Origin: an uncultured Desulfosarcina sp.
Lineage (GTDB): Bacteria; Desulfobacterota; Desulfobacteria; Desulfobacterales; Desulfosarcinaceae
Direction: 5' to 3'
DNA: 64,000 bases
NCBI GenBank assembly: GCA_963674945.2
Contig: CAXXWQ010000004.1
Span: 416,001-480,000, forward strand
The notes beneath the pieces were generated by a model. It saw nothing but the letters and a program-made list of their open reading frames with translations. It ran no database searches and was not told where the DNA came from. The position numbers and the translations under genes were made by a program. Positions 38,558-49,244 of this stretch are shown one piece after another. The number at the start of each line of letters is the position of its first letter. Position 1 is the first letter of the stretch.

Positions 38558-38963
38558 CCTCGTTGACTCCCGATGAAAACCGCCTGCCAATACCATTCGA
38601 CAAAGCGATGGGAGGCCCTGGGCCGGGCCATGTTATAGTAAAGGAAGGTGAACGAATGCACCCGGTAGATCGAATCGTGTGATATCCCGCTGTTACTTGA
38701 TTACAAAGCATTTTCATTCATATCACCAGCCCTGGGAGAATACAACCGACCGGTGGGATCACAGCAAGGTTACCGCATTTGGATCGATTTCACTTTTCCG
38801 CGGGCATGGCTCGCTCCTACCCCAGCGAAAGGATTGGATATTCGGTCGATCTTTAACGCCCATTTAAATTTGCTGGATCAACCAGGGCATTTGAACTAAA
38901 ATGTTTGGTTTCGTACTCGCGGATCTATTCCAAATTGTAATTTTGATAGGAAAGGAATTTTAT

Positions 38964-40223
38964 ATGGTACGAAACAGGGACGAAAACCCCATAGAAAATT
39001 CTTTTTCAAGAAATGATGAAACAAGACAAATTCACAGGGTTGCGGGCTACGCGGTTTTTTTGAATCTTCTCCTCACGATCATGAAAGCCTTTCTCGCCTT
39101 TTTTTCGGGAAGCCTCGCCATTTACGCCAGTGCCGTTGACTCAGGAACCGATGCCGTAGCGTCACTCATGATTTATGGCGGGGTCAAACTCTCCACGAGA
39201 AAGACGCGGTCCTTTCCTTTGGGATTGTATAAACTCGAAAATGTCGCTTCCGTAGTTATCTCGATTTTTATTTTTATCGCGGGTTATGAAATTGTTCGGG
39301 AAATTTTTTCCGCGACCGGAGGCATGCCGCGTATCTCTCTAATTTGCATTGTACTTCTTTTTTCTGGGACCCTGGCGACACTCCTGTACGGACAGTATGC
39401 GATTGCGATCGGACGAAGGACGGGTTCTCCCACGCTGATCGCCGAGGGCCGGCACCGCCAGGTGGATGTACTGTCGTCGATTGTGGTCTTGGTTTCGGTA
39501 ATCCTCAGCTATTTCAATCTTACCTTGACTATTTTGGGGTTCACCATCGATCAGATTGGCGCCGTATTGATTCTCGTATTCATCGCCTTTGCAGGATGGG
39601 AGCTACTTTCCGACGGCATGCGGGTGCTCCTTGATGCGTCCATTGATTTTTCAACGCTGGAGAATGTACGCAAAATTATAAGGAGTGAGCCACTGGTGGG
39701 TGAAATCAAATCTCTCATGGGAAGGAACGCCGGGAGATTTCGATTTTTACAGGCGACCGTAACCTTGAAAACAGACAATCTGGAAAGAGCACACCAAATC
39801 AGTGAAGATATCGAAAGGAAAATCCGCAATCAGGTGATGCATGTCGAAAAGGTGACGATCCATTACGTGCCGCAAGAGAGATCCCATGTTCGGATCGCTT
39901 TGCCCCTCGAAGACAACAAGGACCGGATCAGTGCCCACTTTGGAGAAGCACCGTATTTTGCCTTTGTGCATATCCGTCGAAAAGACACAACAATTGAGAA
40001 ACAGCAGATTCTGGGAAATCCTCACCGATCGATGGAGACAGCGAAAGGTATTCGCGTAGCGGAGTGGTTGGTAGGAAAAGGCGTGGAACATGTCGGTTTG
40101 AAGGAGGATGTTTCCCATAGAGGACCGGGCTATGTGCTTTCCAGCAGGGGGGTGAAAATTCATCTCATATCGGCGGATCTCATGGGACAGGCAATCAGTG
40201 AGATCGTTGCCGAAGGTCTGTAA
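38964..40223 (+). CDS. Cation diffusion facilitator with a C-terminal NifB/NifX-type domain
   Basis: SGSLA..DS..D, FPLGLYKLEN, LIAEGRH...D, dimerisation domain, then SAHFGEAPYF. Confidence 0.88.
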   Translation: MVRNRDENPIENSFSRNDETRQIHRVAGYAVFLNLLLTIMKAFLAFFSGSLAIYASAVDSGTDAVASLMIYGGVKLSTRKTRSFPLGLYKLENVASVVISIFIFIAGYEIVREIFSATGGMPRISLICIVLLFSGTLATLLYGQYAIAIGRRTGSPTLIAEGRHRQVDVLSSIVVLVSVILSYFNLTLTILGFTIDQIGAVLILVFIAFAGWELLSDGMRVLLDASIDFSTLENVRKIIRSEPLVGEIKSLMGRNAGRFRFLQATVTLKTDNLERAHQISEDIERKIRNQVMHVEKVTIHYVPQERSHVRIALPLEDNKDRISAHFGEAPYFAFVHIRRKDTTIEKQQILGNPHRSMETAKGIRVAEWLVGKGVEHVGLKEDVSHRGPGYVLSSRGVKIHLISADLMGQAISEIVAEGL

Positions 40224-40265
40224 GCCATATATTTTCAGGATATTTTCTTATCGGTAAATTTGCAT

Positions 40266-40481
40266 TCAAACGTTTCGGTTCGACCGGAAGACCTGCGACA
40301 CATCGATCCCGTCTTGTCGAACATGGAGCATGCCACTGGCACCGTTGGCCAGGGCCATTGCCAAACAGAGCGCAAAGAGGAGCCGGTTGCTCTTTTCCCG
40401 CGAGTCCTGGAAAATTACGGCCAGGCTCAACATCAACAGGAGGGCGAAAGCGATGATGGGGGGCAGGGCATAAGGATTCAT
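40266..40481 (-). pseudogene. Probable truncated N-terminus of a membrane sensor protein
   Basis: MNPYALPPIIAFALLLMLSLAVIF...SNRLLFALCLAMAL gives two TM helices resembling 7TM sensor N-termini, then the frame ends abruptly. Confidence 0.35.
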
Positions 40482-40586
40482 GGCCAATGGGTCCTTTGTT
40501 TGCGATGCGGCGCCTTCATTTTGCGAAACATGGGACGATGCCAATGTTCATTGTTATCTCATGCTTTTTTTCCGGGTCGACAAATG

Positions 40587-41432
40587 CTACGGGGCAACCG
40601 CTTTCTCGATTCGTATCGTACCCGACATGCCTCTTATGTATTCGCTTCCCGATACGGCATGTCCCAGTTCATACAAACCCGAAGCGGAGCCGAAATTTTT
40701 GTAGAACATGACGACGTCTCCCCAAGGCGCATAGTAGGCCAGTGTCCCGGCCCTGGCATCCGCTTGCGGGGTGTCAGCGGTGCCCAGCTTCTTCGGCGGG
40801 TAGAAAATCTTTTCGTTGTTACCATAGTTTTCCACTGGGATGCGCAATGGCAGCTGGTCAACCAATTCCCTGGCGGCAGTGCTGCCGTTGAGTTGAAACA
40901 TGGTGGTTTTGCCGTTTGCAATGACGTTTATCTTCATGGTCGTCTGGTCCTCGGATGCTCTTGTCCCTTTTTTCTCGATGGTTGCGTTGCCTGACATTTT
41001 TTCGATCTCCTCGATTCCGGTTACGTTGATACCCAGACGGTGCATTTCGTCGCCTGCATAAAAATCCTTGTAAAGCATGAATACATCGCCCCAGGGCGTA
41101 TAGTAACTCAGTTCACCCTTTTTCCCGTCATGATACGCCTCACGCGCAGTCACACTCAGCTTTTCGGGTGGATAGAACATCCACTGGGCATCGCGAAAAT
41201 TGGTCAAATCCAGCTTCAGCGGAAGCTGATCGTATAATTTTTTTGCGGCAACGGTGTCGTACAGCCGAAAGGTTGCCCTGTGGCCGTTGGATGTGATTGT
41301 AACCTGCATATCCGATAAGGCCAGCCCATGCTTCTCCTCGGCGGGTGTTGACGCTTTTCCCTCTTTATCGAAGCAGGCAGCGAGCGTGAAGAACATCAAT
41401 CCGGCAACGATCACGGATAAAGTACGCTTCAT
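40587..41432 (-). CDS. Lipoprotein with two cyclophilin-like fold domains
   Basis: Lipobox LAAC; duplicated AKKLYDQLPL...GELSYYTPWGDV and ARELVDQLPL...GTLAYYAPWGDV. Confidence 0.85.
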   Translation of the reverse strand: MKRTLSVIVAGLMFFTLAACFDKEGKASTPAEEKHGLALSDMQVTITSNGHRATFRLYDTVAAKKLYDQLPLKLDLTNFRDAQWMFYPPEKLSVTAREAYHDGKKGELSYYTPWGDVFMLYKDFYAGDEMHRLGINVTGIEEIEKMSGNATIEKKGTRASEDQTTMKINVIANGKTTMFQLNGSTAARELVDQLPLRIPVENYGNNEKIFYPPKKLGTADTPQADARAGTLAYYAPWGDVVMFYKNFGSASGLYELGHAVSGSEYIRGMSGTIRIEKAVAP

Positions 41433-41497
41433 GGGATCCCTCCTTTCTATCATCCCAGACCAGCCTCCCGGGATATCTTCCATGTGTATCGGAAGCA

Positions 41498-42622
41498 CTA
41501 TTTTCCATCTTCCACCCACCAGCTGTAAAATCGTGGGGGATTGCCGTCCAGTGCCATCGGCTCTCCGATTCTGGGTGTTTCAAGCCGGTACGATTTGTCC
41601 CGGCTTGCCGCTGTCAGGCGATTGAATGGCTCGTCCCAGGGATGATTGGCGATTGTGAACCGGCCCACATGGGCGGGAATCAATGCCCTGGCGCCAAGAT
41701 CCAGGGCCGCCTGGGAAGCCTCTTCCGGCGTCATGTGGATATAGGCCCAGCGCGGGTCGTACTGACCGCAATCCAGGAGAACCAGGTCGAATCCGTGAAA
41801 TACCTCCCCAATCTCGGAAAAATGGGGTCCGTAACCGCTGTCTCCGCTGAAAAATATTCGCCGATGGGAGGTTTCCAGGGCAAAGCCCGCCCAGAGGGTC
41901 TTGTTCTCTGTAAACATCCGGCCCGAGTAATGCCGCGCCGGCAGCACATGAACGGTAAAGTCCTTTCCCAGTGCGATCTCCTCCCACCAGTCCCCCTCTC
42001 GGATCGTATCCGCGGGATAATCCCAGAACTCGAAATAGGCGCCGACCCCCAGCGGGCAAATCACCTGCCTCACCTTCGGCCTGAGCGCCAAAACCGTAAA
42101 ATAGTCCAGGTGGTCCCAGTGGTCGTGGGAGATCAGCAGACAGTCGATCTCCGGCATATCTCCGGCCCCATAGATGGTGGTGCCGTCAAAGGCCCTGTTC
42201 AAGAACGAAAAGGGTGCCGCATGGTCGCTGAAGACCGGATCGATCAGAATTCGTTTGCCGCCCATCTGGATGAACCAGGATGAATGACCCAGCCAGACCA
42301 CGGTATCCGTTTCCGGGTCCAGCGCCTTCAAGTCTGTTTTGACTGCCACTACCGGTGCGTCCGGGACCAGCCGATCATTTCTGTCAGAAAAACCGCTCCA
42401 GATCACCGAAATCAGCCCGACATCTTTTGAGAACTTGGGCGTGGGTATCTGGTTTTGAAATTTTCCATCCCTGTAATGGGGAGATCCTTGAATCGGCCCA
42501 AGGCGATCCCCCTGGGGAAGTTTGCCGAATCTGGGCTGGTTGAAAACGGCACAGGCACCCAATGCGAGACAGACGACGGCCACCAGAAGACAAAACAATA
42601 CTGTATTCAATCGTTTCCCCAT
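41498..42622 (-). CDS. MBL-fold metallo-hydrolase (RomA/NAPE-PLD-like)
   Basis: WLGHSS, LIDPVF, SHDHWDHLD, PARHYSGR, FSGDSGY, IHMTPEE. Confidence 0.92.
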   Translation of the reverse strand: MGKRLNTVLFCLLVAVVCLALGACAVFNQPRFGKLPQGDRLGPIQGSPHYRDGKFQNQIPTPKFSKDVGLISVIWSGFSDRNDRLVPDAPVVAVKTDLKALDPETDTVVWLGHSSWFIQMGGKRILIDPVFSDHAAPFSFLNRAFDGTTIYGAGDMPEIDCLLISHDHWDHLDYFTVLALRPKVRQVICPLGVGAYFEFWDYPADTIREGDWWEEIALGKDFTVHVLPARHYSGRMFTENKTLWAGFALETSHRRIFFSGDSGYGPHFSEIGEVFHGFDLVLLDCGQYDPRWAYIHMTPEEASQAALDLGARALIPAHVGRFTIANHPWDEPFNRLTAASRDKSYRLETPRIGEPMALDGNPPRFYSWWVEDGK

Positions 42623-42625
42623 ATT

Positions 42626-42831
42626 CTACCTGTCCAAGGCGATCGTGACCTTTATGGTGCTTGCCAAATCCCGGACTTCCTCGATATCCGCCTGGATTTG
42701 TCCGAGGATGACCAGGTCCGGAGCCCCCGAAGAGGCCTCTTTCGTTTCGGTGAAAATCACAAAATCCTGACCGGGAATCCAATAGGCCAGATCACCGCTG
42801 CGATACCCTGCCTGCACATCATTTTTTTCAT
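42626..42831 (-). pseudogene. Internally deleted cyclophilin-like fold gene
   Basis: The C-terminal half (GDLAYWIPGQDFVIF...LVILGQI) is out of frame with a short MKKMM start at 42831. Confidence 0.55.
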
Positions 42832-42839
42832 TGAAAATC

Positions 42840-43568
42840 TTATTTTCTGTTGTTCAGCACCCCGGTCAGGATCCGTTGCGCACTTTCGGCCTGGGCTTTA
42901 CCGACCGTTTTTTTCAGTACGGATATGAAATCTTTCATCTGCGCTTCGGTCAAGCCGGTATTCATTGCCGCCCCAAGATGGAAGCCAAGCTGCCCCTCGG
43001 TACCCGTCATGTTTGCGAGGGCGGCGATTGTGGCCAGTTCCCTGTCTTTATGGCTGATCACATCACGAACGAAAATATCGGCAAACAGGTGTTCTTTCAG
43101 GAACGTATCCATGGTTGGTGAGAAAATCTGCCATTTGGCCCCCGAGATATCCGTTTCTCTTCCGGCAAGCTTGGCCCTCACCGTTGCACCATAGGCATCT
43201 TTGTCCAGGTCAGGTGGAACAGGACTGGCCTCTCTGCCAACGGCATCTTCGATGCCTTTCGCCTTACGCTCGTCCAGCACGCCCATGAAGGCGGACAGCG
43301 CATTCAGACTGCGGGGAAATCCCGTATAGGCATACAGATGGACCAGGACTTCCTTGATTTCATTGACGGTCAGGCCATCATCCAGTCCCTCGTTCAATGC
43401 CGGTTTGAGCCGCTGGATATCACCGTCGGCGGTGAAAGCCGCAATCGGTATGATGCGTTGCTGTCTCTGATTCAATGATTGACCTTTTTCCGGTTGTTTT
43501 TCGGAACCGGCATAGGCGCCGGATGCGAAAAAAATCAGAAGGATTGTTAGTATTGTCAGATTTTTCAT
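42840..43568 (-). CDS. Carboxymuconolactone decarboxylase family protein with signal peptide
   Basis: IPIAAFTA, GLTVNEIKE, YAYTGFPRSLNA, FLKEHLFADIF, RELATIAAL. Confidence 0.88.
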   Translation of the reverse strand: MKNLTILTILLIFFASGAYAGSEKQPEKGQSLNQRQQRIIPIAAFTADGDIQRLKPALNEGLDDGLTVNEIKEVLVHLYAYTGFPRSLNALSAFMGVLDERKAKGIEDAVGREASPVPPDLDKDAYGATVRAKLAGRETDISGAKWQIFSPTMDTFLKEHLFADIFVRDVISHKDRELATIAALANMTGTEGQLGFHLGAAMNTGLTEAQMKDFISVLKKTVGKAQAESAQRILTGVLNNRK

Positions 43569-43600
43569 TGTCTTGTCTCTTTTTCCGTTTGGATTGATCT

Positions 43601-44455
43601 TTACTGATATACAGGGAACACGCTGGCCTCTCCATAGTCCTTGATTCGTTCCATGTTCTTCAACCGTTCCAGATCCTCTCCGGAAATAACGAAATCCACA
43701 TCCGCGTTGTCTTTCATGTGGTCCGGGTTCGCGGTCTTGGGCAGGGGAAGAAGATCGAGCTGCAGCGTATAACGAATACACAATCGCGGCACGGAAACGC
43801 CATATTTTTTCGCCATTTCCACTAATGCCTCGTTTTTCAGTAATTCTCCGTGTCCAACCGGGGAATAGGCCTCCACGAGCATGCCTTTGTCTTGAGAATA
43901 TTGAATCAGCGCTGCAGGCGTATTGCTTACATGGGCCAGAATCTGATTGACCATGGGTCTTACCGAGCAGGATTCGAAGATGTTATCGATGTCTGGTGTT
44001 TGGAAGTTGGAAAGACCGATGGAGCGCAGCTTTCCACCTTTATACGCTTCCTCGAGCGCTCTCCACGCCTCGCGGTTTCCCTCGAAAAAGCGCTCTTCTT
44101 CACCAAACTTCGCCCATGGTTTCGGGCTGTGAATAATCATCATGTCAAGATAATCGAGTCCCATCGTCGTAAGCGACGTATCAATGGATGCAACAGCCTC
44201 CTTATAGGACTTTACTTCTGCCGCAAGTTTGGTGGTCACAAACATGTCCTCTCTTTTCACACCGCAGGCCCTGATCCCCTCTCCAACACCGCTTTCATTG
44301 GCGTATGCCTGCGCCGTATCGATATGCCGGTAACCGATTTGGGCAGCATCCTTTACCGCCTGTCCTGCATTTTCGTTGCTTATGAACCATGTTCCAAGAC
44401 CTAATTTTGGAATCTCGACCCCATTGGACAGCGTATATTTTTCTTCCAGAATCAT
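43601..44455 (-). CDS. Aldo/keto reductase
   Basis: IPKLGLGTW, GYRHIDTAQAY, FVTTKL, IHSP, IGLSNF, EAYSP, LPKT. Confidence 0.95.
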   Translation of the reverse strand: MILEEKYTLSNGVEIPKLGLGTWFISNENAGQAVKDAAQIGYRHIDTAQAYANESGVGEGIRACGVKREDMFVTTKLAAEVKSYKEAVASIDTSLTTMGLDYLDMMIIHSPKPWAKFGEEERFFEGNREAWRALEEAYKGGKLRSIGLSNFQTPDIDNIFESCSVRPMVNQILAHVSNTPAALIQYSQDKGMLVEAYSPVGHGELLKNEALVEMAKKYGVSVPRLCIRYTLQLDLLPLPKTANPDHMKDNADVDFVISGEDLERLKNMERIKDYGEASVFPVYQ

Positions 44456-44483
44456 AGTTTCATCTCCTTTTTTGCTTCTTTCG

Positions 44484-45650
44484 TTAGAAGCACTCTTTCA
44501 GGATTTCCAATACTTCCTCGGCAGTAAGCTTTTTATATCCATTTTCCAGAATAAAGGTACTCTCGGCAATCTTCGGCAGCATCTCTTCAGTAGCGCCGAG
44601 TTCTTTTATCGACGTCACGATTCCACACTCTTTACAGAACGCTTCGAGCGCATCGATCCCCTCTTTGGCAAGCTCTTCTTTCGATTTTCCATCAGCGGAA
44701 ATCCCCCACACTGCGACAGCAAAACGCGCGAATTTATCAACACCCTGGGAGGAAATGTGCCGGTAGTACGGCAGCGAAATCGCGGCGAGTCCCATGCCGT
44801 GTGCACAGTCCGTGTAAGCGCCGAGTTGGTGCTCAATCATGTGAACCTGCCAGTCCTGCTTTTTCGACAGTCCGGTCATCGTATTCAATGCAAGTGTCGC
44901 ATTCCACATGATGTTGCTGCGTGCTTCATAATCTTCCGGATTTTTTAATGCCACACGGACATTGTCGATGGAAGAACGAAGCAGTGCCTCGATAAGATAA
45001 TCCGTTGTATTGGAATCATCGCCTGTGAAGTACTGCTCCATTAAATGGGACATGGTATCAAATACACCGCTGACCATCTGGTACTGGGGCACCGTATAGG
45101 TGTATTCAGGGTTAAGAATAGAAAATTTCGGGTATACATCGGCAGGAAAAACCCTGCCTGCCTTGATTTTCGTCTCTTCATGGGTGATCACCGAGCCGCC
45201 ATTCATCTCGGAACCGGTTCCAACCATCGTGAGAATTGATGCAACAGGAACCGTTTTGTTCGCCACCGGCTGGAATTGAAGCCAGTATTTCGTGAAGGGA
45301 TCGTCGTCACAATAGGCGGATACGGAGATTCCTTTCGCGCAGTCGATGACAGAGCCGCCACCAACGGCCAGGATAAGACTCACATCATTGTCCCGGACCA
45401 GTTCGCAGCCTTCCTGCATCTTGCTCTATGTGGGATTGGGCATAACACCCGAGAGCTCGACAACACGTTTGCCCGCTTCCTTCAGGATATCGACAACCTG
45501 GTCATAGAGCCCGGTTTTCTTGATCGCCGTCTTTCCGTATACCAAAAGAACGGTCTCACCGTAATTTGCCAGTTCCCCTGTAAGATTGGATAATGACTCT
45601 TTTCCGAAATGAATCGTCGTCGGATTGTAGTACGTAAAATCGATTAACAT
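44484..45650 (-). pseudogene. Iron-containing (YqhD/BDH-like) alcohol dehydrogenase interrupted by an in-frame TAG at 45426-45428
   Basis: DFTYYNPTTIHFG...VMPNPT*SKMQEG...AVGGGSVIDCAK, GTGSE, HMIEHQL, HGMGLA; both halves are in the same frame. Confidence 0.88.
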
Positions 45651-45664
45651 GGTCGTCTCCTTCC

Positions 45665-46108
45665 TTATCGCAGTTGATTGTATTCTTCATCCGAAACCGG
45701 TTCCTGCCATTCGTTGGACCCGCCTTCGGAAGGCACTTCCACGGCCACATGGGCGAACCAGCTGTCCTTGGCGGCTCCGTGCCAATGCTTGGTTTCCGGT
45801 GGGATGTTGACCACATCACCGGGTAAAAGTTCCCTGGCCGGTTTTCCCGCTTCCTGATACCAGCCGCGCCCGGCGGTCACCAGGAGGATCTGGCCTCCTT
45901 TGTGGTGGATATGCCAGAAGTTCCGGCAGCCCGGTTCAAAGGTGACGTTGGCGACAATCACGCCTTCCAGGGAAAGCATTTTCAAATAGCTTGTCCCTGT
46001 AAAATAGCGGGCGTAGGCCTCATTCTTCTCCCCTTTCGGGAAGATGCCTTCTCCGGTAAACGGTTTTGCCGTGTTTGACGTATTCGCGTCGTTGCTCAAT
46101 GAACTCAT
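45665..46108 (-). CDS. Cupin domain protein
   Basis: NVTFEPGCRNFWHIH, GQILLV, KHWHGA. Confidence 0.92.
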   Translation of the reverse strand: MSSLSNDANTSNTAKPFTGEGIFPKGEKNEAYARYFTGTSYLKMLSLEGVIVANVTFEPGCRNFWHIHHKGGQILLVTAGRGWYQEAGKPARELLPGDVVNIPPETKHWHGAAKDSWFAHVAVEVPSEGGSNEWQEPVSDEEYNQLR

Positions 46109-46163
46109 GATACCTCCTCGAGTAATGAATTGTTTTAATAGCGATCGTTACGTGTTTTCGGGT

Positions 46164-46643
46164 TTATATTCCCATGGAACGCAACCAGTCACAAATGGCT
46201 GCCGGGGTATGGCTGTCTCCCCTGTTGTACGCACCGAAGCCCTGTTTGACGGTGGCGTTCGGGCACATGGTTTTGATGTCTCTTTCGAATGAACCGGCAC
46301 CGCCGCCGCCATGGGTGTGAAAAGGGATTACGGTTTTGCTGTTCAAATCAAAACGGTCGATAAAGGAAGCCAGCGGCGGCGCCATGGTGCTGCACCAGAT
46401 CGGGGTTCCCAGGAACACGACGGAATAGGGCTTCGCATCCGCCGGCATGGCTTTCAGTTCCGGTTGGAAGCCGGAGCCGATTTCCTCTTTTGCCTGTGCC
46501 ACCGCAGCACTGTAGTTGGTGGTGTACGGCCGGGCGGGCTCGATCTCAAACAAGGTGCCGCCGGTTTCCTTTTTAATCAGTTTGGCGATCTCCCTGGTGT
46601 TTCCGGACCAGGAGTAATAGGCAATCAGAATACCGTTTTTCAT
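46164..46643 (-). CDS. Flavodoxin
   Basis: IAYYSWSGNT, FLGTPIW, PFHTHGGGG. Confidence 0.92.
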   Translation of the reverse strand: MKNGILIAYYSWSGNTREIAKLIKKETGGTLFEIEPARPYTTNYSAAVAQAKEEIGSGFQPELKAMPADAKPYSVVFLGTPIWCSTMAPPLASFIDRFDLNSKTVIPFHTHGGGGAGSFERDIKTMCPNATVKQGFGAYNRGDSHTPAAICDWLRSMGI

Positions 46644-46676
46644 CGTCGTTCTTTCCTTCTTATCTGTATATCCGTG

Positions 46677-47333
46677 TTACTTTCCATGGGCGTTCAAAAC
46701 CTCTTCGAGTACTCTTTTGGCGTTATTCGCCACGTCAGGGCCGCACCAGGTGCCAAGAACCGTGATGAAGTCATGGAGCATCTCCTGCGTAATGCCATTT
46801 TTCAGGCTTATGGCATAATGTGACTGAAGCTGGCCATTGACGCCCTCTATGTTTGCCAGACCCGCGATGGTCGCCAGTTCGCGTTCACTCCAGTCGAGCA
46901 CGTCGCGCTGAAAAATGTCGCCGAAGAGATGGGCTTTGAGAAACCGGTCAATGGCCGGGGCAAAATCAAACAGAGGACCTGTGACCGGTTGTCCCACCAG
47001 TTTCGTCTGATTTTCCGTGCCGAATTCAAGGCTGCTTCTATCGGCCGGCAAGGGGCTCGCTTCTTTTCCCATCTCGTCCGTGCAGCCTTTTTCCTTTCGG
47101 TCGGCCATGACGGCCATGAACGTTCCGATGGCATTCAGGCTTCTGGGAAAACCGGCATAGGCGTACATCTGAACGAGAATTTCCTTGATTTCATTCACGG
47201 TCAGGCCGGCATCGAGCCCGTTCTCCATACTCGTTTTCAAATTGTCCAGATCCCCGTTGGCGGTAAAAGCGGCAATGGGGATAATCGCCCGCTGTTTCGT
47301 ATTTAGTGTTGTTTGCATCATGTGTGTCTCCAT
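46677..47333 (-). CDS. Carboxymuconolactone decarboxylase family protein
   Basis: IPIAAFTANG, GLTVNEIKE, YAYAGFPRSLNA, HLFGDIF, RELATIA; paralog of 42840..43568. Confidence 0.88.
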   Translation of the reverse strand: METHMMQTTLNTKQRAIIPIAAFTANGDLDNLKTSMENGLDAGLTVNEIKEILVQMYAYAGFPRSLNAIGTFMAVMADRKEKGCTDEMGKEASPLPADRSSLEFGTENQTKLVGQPVTGPLFDFAPAIDRFLKAHLFGDIFQRDVLDWSERELATIAGLANIEGVNGQLQSHYAISLKNGITQEMLHDFITVLGTWCGPDVANNAKRVLEEVLNAHGK

Positions 47334-47400
47334 CAAAGCCTTATGATCTCATACTGATCGTTGCCCATGTTCATTTATTTTCATGTTACACTTCTCGTTT

Positions 47401-47973
47401 CTATGCTTTTTTACCCATACTGTAAGCCTGTGTCATGGAGGAGGTTCCAACGACTCCGCCCGCATCCCAGACGCCGGTGATGGAAATGACGCCCTTTTCT
47501 TTGATGCCGGAAAGGCAGTTGGTGAAAACCCGTAAACTGTCGACGGCTCTGTCAACGGGCAGCTTGCCGCCCGCGGCAGAAACGATATAGTACACATCCT
47601 TGCCCTGGATCATGGAGTAAATGGGGCAGGTCCTGTCGATGAAGTTCTTCATCTGGGCGTTCATGGCGTGGAAATAGACGGGCGTTGCCAGGACCATGAC
47701 GTCGGCGGCCAGGATCTTTTTGAAGATGTCGTTCATGTCGTCCTTTTGAACGCATGCCCCCTGCCTGCCGATGCAGGCGCAGCATCCCGTACAATAGTTG
47801 ATATCCTGGTCAGATATACGGATTTTCTCCACATGGTGGCCGGCCTCCCCGGCTCCCCGCATGAATTCATCGCAGAGGAGGTCGGAGTTGCCGCCCTTTC
47901 TGGGACTTGCCGACACCAAAAGTATGTTCTTGCTCATGGGATTCTTTCTGTTTCGTTGTTTCGGTGGTGCCAT
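47401..47973 (-). CDS. Flavodoxin-fold / iron-sulfur flavoprotein family protein
   Basis: ASPRKGGNS, CTGCCAC...CVQKDD, ATPVYF, MKNFIDR; start may be 47937. Confidence 0.9.
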   Translation of the reverse strand: MAPPKQRNRKNPMSKNILLVSASPRKGGNSDLLCDEFMRGAGEAGHHVEKIRISDQDINYCTGCCACIGRQGACVQKDDMNDIFKKILAADVMVLATPVYFHAMNAQMKNFIDRTCPIYSMIQGKDVYYIVSAAGGKLPVDRAVDSLRVFTNCLSGIKEKGVISITGVWDAGGVVGTSSMTQAYSMGKKA

Positions 47974-47983
47974 GGTGTCTCCT

Positions 47984-49039
47984 CTATCCCAGCGCCTTGG
48001 TGAAAAAGGCCGTCAACTTGTCAAAGGGAATCATATCGGTCCTGTCGTACAGATCGATATGTCTCGCACCCGGAACGATATAGAGCTCTTTGGGCTCGGC
48101 AGCCATTTTATAGGCGTCTTCCGTGAAATATCTGGAGTGTGCCTTCTCGCCCATGATGAACAAAATCGGTCTCGGTGAAATGGTATCGATGTAGTTCAAC
48201 AAGGGAAAATTCATGAACGCCATGTTGCTTGTCTGGGTAAACGGGCCGTGGGATCTTGGATGGTGTCCACGCGCCATTGCATAATATTCCCAAAACTCGC
48301 TTGAAATGGGATCCAGATTTTCCGGAATGGCGTCGGCCGGTTCACCGGGAAATCCTGCGGGCAATAGCGGACTTCCATTTTCAAAATCTTTCCAGCGCTG
48401 CTCTCCAAGCTGGTCGAGGGTCTTGCTGCGCTGTTCGTCAGACATCCCGTCTTTCCACCCGTTCCGTATGACACGACTCATGTCGTACATGCTTGCCGTG
48501 GCAACGGCTTTGATACGGTGGTCAACCTGTGCCGCGGTAAGGGCAAATGCGCCGCTGCCGCAGATACCGATGACACCGATCTTATTTCTGTCCACAAAGG
48601 GACGCGTTCCCAAAAAATCCATGCCCGCACTGAAATCTTCGACGAATATATCGGGTGAAGAAACATGTCTGGGTTCCCCGCCGCTTTCGCCATTGAACGA
48701 TTCATCGAAAGCAATGGCAACAAAGCCCCGCTCGGCCATGGTCTGTGCGTAAATGCCGGCCCCCTGCTCTTTCACGCCGCCATAGGGCGTACCGACAACA
48801 ATGGCCGCATATTTTTTCGATGTATCGATCTCTTTGGGCAGATACATATCTGCTGCCACGGTGATTCCGTATCGGTTGGGGTAGAACACTTTTTCGTGAA
48901 CGACCGTATCGCTTTTGGTAAAGGTCTTATCCCATGTCTGGGTACCAACCGTCGTGGAAGCGCAGTTCATGAGAAAAAGCGAGGCCAGAACCGCCAAGAT
49001 CGTGTGGAAGCCATGCCTGATTTCTGATTTCTTTTTCAT
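47984..49039 (-). CDS. Alpha/beta hydrolase (YcjY-like)
   Basis: PYGGVKEQ, AFD...GESGG, nucleophile elbow GICGSG, PRPILF, HIDLYD. Confidence 0.9.
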   Translation of the reverse strand: MKKKSEIRHGFHTILAVLASLFLMNCASTTVGTQTWDKTFTKSDTVVHEKVFYPNRYGITVAADMYLPKEIDTSKKYAAIVVGTPYGGVKEQGAGIYAQTMAERGFVAIAFDESFNGESGGEPRHVSSPDIFVEDFSAGMDFLGTRPFVDRNKIGVIGICGSGAFALTAAQVDHRIKAVATASMYDMSRVIRNGWKDGMSDEQRSKTLDQLGEQRWKDFENGSPLLPAGFPGEPADAIPENLDPISSEFWEYYAMARGHHPRSHGPFTQTSNMAFMNFPLLNYIDTISPRPILFIMGEKAHSRYFTEDAYKMAAEPKELYIVPGARHIDLYDRTDMIPFDKLTAFFTKALG

Positions 49040-49244
49040 TTTGTTTTTCCTTTCGTTTACCTGTCCGTGCTCCATCACAATGTATTCGAAGCCGTTTTGG
49101 ACAAACAGTAATGATTCGCCACCTGAAGCGGAATACCTGATCCTCTCAAAAGTTTGCCTATTTCTGCTCAATCGTTTATTTTTCGTTGCCTTGTGATTAT
49201 AAATGTTGTCTAAAGCTAATGAATTTAAACGGAAAGGAATTCAC

